A stretch of 64,000 nt of DNA from Nitrospirales bacterium (GTDB taxonomy: Bacteria; Nitrospirota; Nitrospiria; Nitrospirales; UBA8639): positions 1,248,001-1,312,000 of the forward strand of contig OY729426.1 in the NCBI GenBank assembly GCA_963422365.1. Direction: 5' to 3'. The notes beneath the pieces are model-generated. The model worked only from the letters and a program-made list of their open reading frames with translations, made no database searches and was not told where the DNA came from. The position numbers and the translations under genes were made by a program. Below, piece by piece: positions 57,862 through 64,000 of the stretch. How positions within the stretch are numbered: the first letter of the stretch is position 1; every line of letters begins with the position of its first letter.

Positions 57862-59066
57862 TTATTGTTTCTTCCATAGCGTCACCTTGAACTGCTCTTC
57901 AGTCGGTTCAAAATCCGGTTCGCTCTTATTGTGTTGTCGCATTAATGGAATGACCTTTCGGCGAATACCTATACCCTGATCTTCAATGTAGCCGTAATCT
58001 CTAAAAATCCTGACGGACGACGGATTGCGTTGTGATTGCGCACCGTTCTTGATTTTTTCGGTTGTCATGCCATTCGGCAGAGCGCCGGGGCTGGTTATTT
58101 CCATGCGATTATTGTAGACGACAACGCGTACATAGTCTCGTTTTGTCCAATCTCTGTGAACAAAAGCATTCATCAACAGCTCTCTTATGGCCTCAAACGG
58201 ATAATCCCAAACCCGTCTGCGACTCATTCCCTGTAGTGTCTCATGACTGATAAATGGTTGAACGAGTGTGCTTACTTTCTCATGCAATGCCGGCTCAACG
58301 GGGTCATGAGCGCCGCCGCTTCCTCGGCGTTCCAGCAAAGGAGCGTCCAATATTTTGTCAAATATCGTGCTGTACTCCTTATCGTTGCCGTCATAAACGG
58401 AAAGCCTTACGCCGGCTTGTGGTAGTCTCAACTGAGGTTTTTTGCAAATAACGCATAAGCAAAATAGCTACAAGCAAGGGGTGTAGCGTCTCCGACCAGA
58501 ACGCTGTGGTTACTCAGCATTTCCTGCAAATCTTCATCCGGAGACTGTCCCAGAATATCTCGAAAATATTCCGTGTAACGCTGTTCATCTAAATCTGAAA
58601 TGGAAGATCCGTGTACGGGAAATTTTTCCGCGGCTAACAGTCCCCCCGAAGCGAACAGGCGGGCTTGTTGCTCAAGTCCAGCCAACTGGCAGGTGTTTCC
58701 ATAACGGACGTAAATATCTTTACGGTCGTTGTGCTTAAGAACATAGGGTTTGCTCGTACCTTGAGGAATTTTTACGACGGCCACGCGCTTTCCTTCAATG
58801 CTGATTTCCTCATAATCGGGTAATATAAATGGATGAACGTATCTGCCGATGACCGTATCCATCAGCCACTCCTGAAGGTTATTCCGCTGGATGCCGCTGA
58901 TGTTGCCGTCATCCTCGACACCAACCAAAACGATACCGCCGTTCATGTTGGCGAAAGCAACGACTTCTTTGGCAACTGTCTCGGGACGCTCATCATCACG
59001 CTTAAACTCCAGCTTTGCGCCTTCATCTTGAACAATGAGTTCTAACAAGTCACTTTTCAGCATCAC
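57862..59066 (-). pseudogene. Schlafen/AlbA_2 domain + HATPase-like (RecG C-terminal-like) protein, split at an A6C run (pseudogene or -1 frameshift)
   Basis: EGAKLEFK, VAFAN..GG...VGVED (AlbA_2); second frame YP.EAIRELL.NA.VHRD, EI.SPG.LP, RNP, G.GI; junction GCA AAA AAC at ~58437-58445. Confidence 0.8.
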
Positions 59067-61754
59067 TTAATAACCGTATTTGTGTCTGCGCATTTCAAAG
59101 GCGGTTTTACCACCTTCTAAGATTTCCGCCGCTTGCTTTTGCACTTCCGGCTTATCAATTCCACCTTCTTCTTCAACCTTTCCTCCATTCTTATCGCTAT
59201 GCAATATCGCAATCAATTCAGCATCACCAAAAACCGGAATGTTGGCATTGTGAGTTGCGAAAATGAATTGTCGCTTGGTTTTGAATGTCCTCAAATCACG
59301 CACAATGCGATCAGCAATGAAGGCATTGTCCAGATGATCTTCCGGCTGATCAACAATCAGCGGATCATCACGATTTAACAAAAGCAGGTTAAGGATAGCG
59401 GTGCATTTCTGACCGGTGGAAAGATCATTTAGTGATTTATAATTTTCCTCTCCATCGTGGGCAATGTTCAGTTGAATCTCAATCTTATCCTTTAGCTCAA
59501 TCTCTTCCAATTCCAATCTTTTTTTCAAATCGAGACTCAATAATCTGCTTATAGTACTATTTTGTAATCCATCATTACCGTATCTATCGATAAAAGCCTG
59601 AACATTTTTTTCTTCTATCCATTCCGACCAAGCTGACAAATCCAAGTCAGTTATTCCATCCAGCCACCTTATTTTAGCTTCGCCTATACCTTCGATGCCG
59701 ATCAGGAAATCTTTCAGTGGTTGCAAAACACCTAAACGCTTCACGCGGAGCCTTACTTTCCCCTTCAGTTCATCCTGATTTAGCTTCTTAGCAGCCTTTT
59801 CCAAACCATCAAAACGCTCAAAGGCAGTATTGCGATATTCTTCCAAAAGCGTTTCTCTCTCTTTTTTAAGAGTTTCTATCAGCTTCTTTTGCGTCTCGTA
59901 TTCTGTCTTTTGCCTTTCTATGCGTGTCAGTTGCTTGATAATGTCGGTGTATTCTTGTCCTAACGTGCTACCTGTCTTTCCCGCTTGTTCAGGTAGCTGG
60001 GCTATTGCCTGCTGTAACTCGTCTTTGATTTTATCGACTTTATCATGCCAATCTTTTTCTAAACCGACATATTTGCCTTGGACATCTTCAAGATGTTGCC
60101 CAGCTTGTCGAACCAATCTATCCAATTGGTCTTTCAGAGCCTTAAACATCTTCTGCACTTCTACCAGAATAGTCTTGTTGGGCAAGGGATCAATCCTGAC
60201 ATCCTGCAAAAATTCCAGATCAAACACTTCTTCGTAGTTCCTGATCCATGTTTGAACCTGATCAAGCTGTTGTTGAATGTCTGCCTGGATACTGTTTTCT
60301 TTTTCCAAAAGTTTAGTATTTTTTAATTTCTCTTCTATGCCCAGCCTTTGAAATAGCGTTATCTCTTCTTTCAGTTTGAGTTCCTGTCGGACCGCATCAT
60401 TCAACCGCTCAAACTCTTCATCTGCCTTGATCCGTTTATCCCTGTTGATCGCCAGTTGGCGTTTGATCTCACGGAGATCTTTATCAAATCGGTGACTATC
60501 AGGTAAAAAACTGCTGATCAACGTCAGTTTGGCAGCATCGTCTTTTTCAATCTCCAGTATCTCGTTTTGCCCCAACAACTCAACTGCAGGCAGAATATGT
60601 TGAGGGGTGAGATGAGAAAGCTCTCCCTGCTCATTTTTTACTTGCGCTTGCTCACCGAACCGCTTGCTGATCGTGTAACGCTGACCCGATTGTGCCTTTG
60701 ATGTGACGCTTAGGGTGATCTTTGAATCACCGAGGTTTTTTTTACGAAACGCGTCCAATGTGTTGCTATCTTGCCCCCGTACAGGCATATCCAAGACGTA
60801 ACGTATACCCTCAATCAAGGTAGATTTTCCAGTACCGCGACCACCGATAACAGCGTTCAAATGTTTAGAGAAAGACAGCTTGCCTTCTGTAAAAAACCCG
60901 GCACCTTGCCACTGGATGGACTCAATGACCGAATAAGGCGTCTCTGGAATATCGTGATTCAGCCGGATGCGGGACTCAGGATCATGGAACGCCTGTTTGA
61001 AAGCCTCGAATGTAGGCTCTGTCATTTTCACCAGACAGGAAGCAGAAGGGTCTGATAGCGTTTTCGGTTCATCTATATCCTTGGCGTTGATAACAACAAG
61101 AGGTTTTTTTCTTTTATAGTCAGGGTTTATATTTTCAATGATCTCCCTGTATTTTTTTAAGTCCTCTTGTTCTACCAACAAGTCTTTTATCCTGCCCGGG
61201 ATCTGTCCGGCCACGACTAATTCCTCTTTTTTCCACAGATGAACATAGTTTCCACCACTGCCATCCAGCTTTAGCAGGCCATTTGTTCCGGTCATGTGTG
61301 CGGCGTACCAAAAACCTCCTTGCTCATTGCTCACCTTGTCTGCGATTTGTTCACAGCTTAATGAAGATGGATGGGTTGGTTCTTGATCGAGTTCGGCGCT
61401 GTTTTCTCCCATCAACTGCCCAAGATGCTGATTGAGTGTTGCCAGGGAACGATCATCAGGGTAGAGACAGACCATGTGAATTTTTTCAGAACTGGCAATC
61501 TCAAATCCTGGAAACACGGTGACGCCGTTCTGTTGCAAAAGATTTCGTAACCCTTCTGAGTCTTCAACTTTTCCATGATCCGAAAGACCTACAACCTCGA
61601 TATGATTGTCCCGGCACTGCTGCAAAATTTGTTGGTTGTACTCCACTTCTTTTGTGGGTGCCACTCCTTGATACCCAGCGGCATAGCTAAAGGGATTCAC
61701 CTGCAGGGCGCACTTGTAAAAACGCGCTCCTTGATATTGAATGTCGGTGCTCAT
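59067..61754 (-). CDS. PHP-like domain + SMC/ABC-type ATPase (Ppl/TrlF-like putative anti-phage protein)
   Basis: N-terminal LSDH, FPGFEI, IH; Walker A GGRGTGKST, long coiled coil, LSTGQ signature, IVDQPED, FIFATHN; AT-richer than its flanks. Confidence 0.85.
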   Translation of the reverse strand: MSTDIQYQGARFYKCALQVNPFSYAAGYQGVAPTKEVEYNQQILQQCRDNHIEVVGLSDHGKVEDSEGLRNLLQQNGVTVFPGFEIASSEKIHMVCLYPDDRSLATLNQHLGQLMGENSAELDQEPTHPSSLSCEQIADKVSNEQGGFWYAAHMTGTNGLLKLDGSGGNYVHLWKKEELVVAGQIPGRIKDLLVEQEDLKKYREIIENINPDYKRKKPLVVINAKDIDEPKTLSDPSASCLVKMTEPTFEAFKQAFHDPESRIRLNHDIPETPYSVIESIQWQGAGFFTEGKLSFSKHLNAVIGGRGTGKSTLIEGIRYVLDMPVRGQDSNTLDAFRKKNLGDSKITLSVTSKAQSGQRYTISKRFGEQAQVKNEQGELSHLTPQHILPAVELLGQNEILEIEKDDAAKLTLISSFLPDSHRFDKDLREIKRQLAINRDKRIKADEEFERLNDAVRQELKLKEEITLFQRLGIEEKLKNTKLLEKENSIQADIQQQLDQVQTWIRNYEEVFDLEFLQDVRIDPLPNKTILVEVQKMFKALKDQLDRLVRQAGQHLEDVQGKYVGLEKDWHDKVDKIKDELQQAIAQLPEQAGKTGSTLGQEYTDIIKQLTRIERQKTEYETQKKLIETLKKERETLLEEYRNTAFERFDGLEKAAKKLNQDELKGKVRLRVKRLGVLQPLKDFLIGIEGIGEAKIRWLDGITDLDLSAWSEWIEEKNVQAFIDRYGNDGLQNSTISRLLSLDLKKRLELEEIELKDKIEIQLNIAHDGEENYKSLNDLSTGQKCTAILNLLLLNRDDPLIVDQPEDHLDNAFIADRIVRDLRTFKTKRQFIFATHNANIPVFGDAELIAILHSDKNGGKVEEEGGIDKPEVQKQAAEILEGGKTAFEMRRHKYGY

Positions 61755-61776
61755 AGACTCATCTCCATCACCGAGG

Positions 61777-63729
61777 TCAGCAACATTTTCCTGCCGGGAG
61801 CCGAATGCCTTCGCCATCGACAATTTCCGTAGTGGTAGAGGGCTGTTTCAGGATCAGGTACCGGTACCATTTTATCGCGCTCTCGGTCAGGACAATGAGC
61901 GCCAATACGGCGACCAGCCCAACCAGTGCCGCATTCAGCGTCATCGTGATGCGCACCACCGAGTCCGAGGCGGTTCGTGCCTGATCCAGAAAGATCCACC
62001 ACAGGTCATAGCAGCCCGTTAAGGTGATGATGCCTACGAACATCATCGGCACGGCCGTCACCCAGAGGTAGCGGGCCTTGCCCATTTTGATGAAAAGGGT
62101 CGTGCCGATACATAACGCCAGGGTCCCCAATAACTGATTGGCGGTTCCGAACATGGGCCAGATCGTAGAGATCGTTCCCGTGGCGATTAACCAGCCCCAC
62201 GCCCCGACCACGAGTGCGCTTGAACCTATGACGCCGGGCCACCAATTGATTCGACGAAGCGGAGCATAGACGCGTCCGCCCATTTCTTGCACGAGGTAGC
62301 GAGCCACGCGAGTGCCCGCGTCGATGGTCGTTAAGATAAACAGCGCTTCAAACAGGAGTGCGAATTGATACCAATAGGCCATGAGCCCGGCCATCCCGGG
62401 CAGGGCGGAAAAAATCCAGGCCATCCCGACGGCCAACGACACCGCGCCTCCCGGACGGCCGGAGACGTCCACTTCGACTAGTCGCGAGAGTTCATGAATG
62501 TTTGCAACGGGAAACCCCGTGGCCGCAAGTGCATCGGCCGAGAGGCGCGTATTAATCGCAAAATAATCGCCCGGGATGAGCAGGGCCGCCGCGATCAACG
62601 CGACCACCCCGACAAAGCTTTCCAATAACATGGCTCCATAGCCCACCATGGCCTGAGATTCGCGGGCAATCATTTTCGGCGTGGTTCCCGATGACACGAG
62701 AGAATGGAATCCTGAGATGGCGCCGCATGCGATGGTGATAAACAAAAAGGGAAAGAGGGGGCCGGGGATAATCGGGCCTCCTCCGGCGATAAATCCCGTG
62801 ACCCTGGGCATGTGCAGGTCAGGGGCCAAAACAATCACGCCGATTGCCAGCAACGCAATGACCCCGAGTTTCATGAACGTCGAGAGGTAGTCTCTTGGAA
62901 CCAACAGCATCCACATCGGGAGCACCGAAGCAAGCAATCCGTATCCGGCTAACAGCCAGACTAACGTGGTCCGGTCGTGGGAAAACCATATCGCAAGGTC
63001 CGACTGCGCGACGACTTGGCCTAAGGCAACGGAAAGGAAAAGAAGCATGATGCCCATGAGGGACATTTCTCCAATGCGCCCGGGCCGAATGTGATGATGA
63101 TACCATCCCATGAGAAAGGCGATGGGGATGGTCATGGCAATTGTAAACGTGCCCCAAGGATTGGCAACGAGCGCGTTGACCACGGCCAGCCCTAGGCCGG
63201 CCAAGGCGACAATTACGATAAATAACACGGCCACGGCCGTGGCCGTGCCGGTGACCCACCCGATCTCTGCGCGTGCGATTTCCGGGAGGGAGCGGCCATT
63301 GCGACGCAACGATCCGACCAGAATGACAAAATCCTGTACCGCGCCGGCCATCACGGCCCCGATCACAATCCAGAGAAACCCCGGCAAAAACCCGAACTGT
63401 GCCGCCAACACTGGACCCAATAATGGCCCGGCGCCGGCAATGGCGGCGAAATGGTGTCCGAAGAGCACGTATTTGTTCGCGGGATAATAATTGGTGCCGT
63501 CCTGGAGTCGAAAGGCGGGGGTCAGGCGCTCATTATCTAATTGCATGACTCGGCGGCCTAAAAACCCACCGTAAAACCGATAGGCCAGCACATAAAAGCA
63601 GCCGGCTGCCGTCACTAACCAGAGCCCATTGACGTTTTCTTCAGGGTTCAAAAGTCCGGTGACAAAGCCGAAGGAAACGGCGCACAGGATGGAGACGAGA
63701 ATCCATGCGGTAGTTCTCACCGTCTTCAT
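61777..63729 (-). CDS. cstA: Carbon starvation protein A (peptide/pyruvate transporter family)
   Basis: FGHHFAAIAGAGPLLGP, LLVPRDYLS, ITIACGAISGFH, LTTIDAGTR, IWPMFGTANQLL. Confidence 0.95.
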   Translation of the reverse strand: MKTVRTTAWILVSILCAVSFGFVTGLLNPEENVNGLWLVTAAGCFYVLAYRFYGGFLGRRVMQLDNERLTPAFRLQDGTNYYPANKYVLFGHHFAAIAGAGPLLGPVLAAQFGFLPGFLWIVIGAVMAGAVQDFVILVGSLRRNGRSLPEIARAEIGWVTGTATAVAVLFIVIVALAGLGLAVVNALVANPWGTFTIAMTIPIAFLMGWYHHHIRPGRIGEMSLMGIMLLFLSVALGQVVAQSDLAIWFSHDRTTLVWLLAGYGLLASVLPMWMLLVPRDYLSTFMKLGVIALLAIGVIVLAPDLHMPRVTGFIAGGGPIIPGPLFPFLFITIACGAISGFHSLVSSGTTPKMIARESQAMVGYGAMLLESFVGVVALIAAALLIPGDYFAINTRLSADALAATGFPVANIHELSRLVEVDVSGRPGGAVSLAVGMAWIFSALPGMAGLMAYWYQFALLFEALFILTTIDAGTRVARYLVQEMGGRVYAPLRRINWWPGVIGSSALVVGAWGWLIATGTISTIWPMFGTANQLLGTLALCIGTTLFIKMGKARYLWVTAVPMMFVGIITLTGCYDLWWIFLDQARTASDSVVRITMTLNAALVGLVAVLALIVLTESAIKWYRYLILKQPSTTTEIVDGEGIRLPAGKCC

Positions 63730-63756
63730 GGTGCTTCAGGAAGATGACTCCGTGGA

Positions 63757-64000
63757 TTAGGCCGGCTGCGAAAACGAGGGCTTGCCGAATTTTCGTCGAA
63801 TGGCATTCATGGCTTGGAAGACCAGGGGTTTCGTGAGAAGCCAATGCTCGATCGAGCGTTTGCCGGGAAAATCGAGTAAGGATACTCCAATGACCATGGT
63901 GAGTAAACCTTGGCCCGGGAGGACGAGCATAGCAATCCCTGCCAAGAGAAAGACGAGGCCGACCGTGTTTTTGACGGCCATGCCGACGTAGCGCAGAATC
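63757..64000 (-). CDS. PGPGW-like small membrane protein (5'-truncated by the window)
   Basis: KN..G...LLAGIAMLVLPGQGLLT..IG.SLLDFPGK. Confidence 0.75.
   Translation of the reverse strand, partial: ILRYVGMAVKNTVGLVFLLAGIAMLVLPGQGLLTMVIGVSLLDFPGKRSIEHWLLTKPLVFQAMNAIRRKFGKPSFSQPA

Overview
A 64-kb bacterial chromosomal window of moderate-to-high GC. Gene content and order suggest Nitrospirota (Nitrospirales-like); this is inference, not a database result. The first ~37 kb is mostly intact housekeeping: folD-metF-panB, purA, tRNA-Lys, rimP-nusA-infB-DUF503-rbfA-truB-rpsO-pnp-M16 peptidase, an unknown secreted-protein pair, mutS-tsaE-nnr-pdxJ, alaC-hom-thrC-lysC-cimA-IHF-MerR-tRNA-Pro and mutM-phoH-ybeY-ftsY. 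The rest is a mosaic: a lipid A modification cluster interrupted by vapBC, a decayed REP-associated tyrosine transposase (RAYT) between 77-bp direct repeats, a divergent pyrF, tatA/tatB, an alginate-export-type porin, toxin-antitoxin debris, a caspase-like lipoprotein, yajQ, an AT-richer PHP/ABC-ATPase + Schlafen-HATPase putative defence island, and cstA. Three observations stand out. (1) A Panacea antitoxin gene is disrupted by a 35-nt insert flanked by an exact 36-bp target duplication. This is CRISPR repeat-spacer-repeat geometry and may record off-target Cas1-Cas2 integration in nature. (2) About 20 GTAG-type REP hairpins, their likely cognate RAYT, and smaller hairpins repeatedly nested in the REP loops. 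(3) The defence island, whose Schlafen gene is split at an A-AAA-AAC slippery motif.
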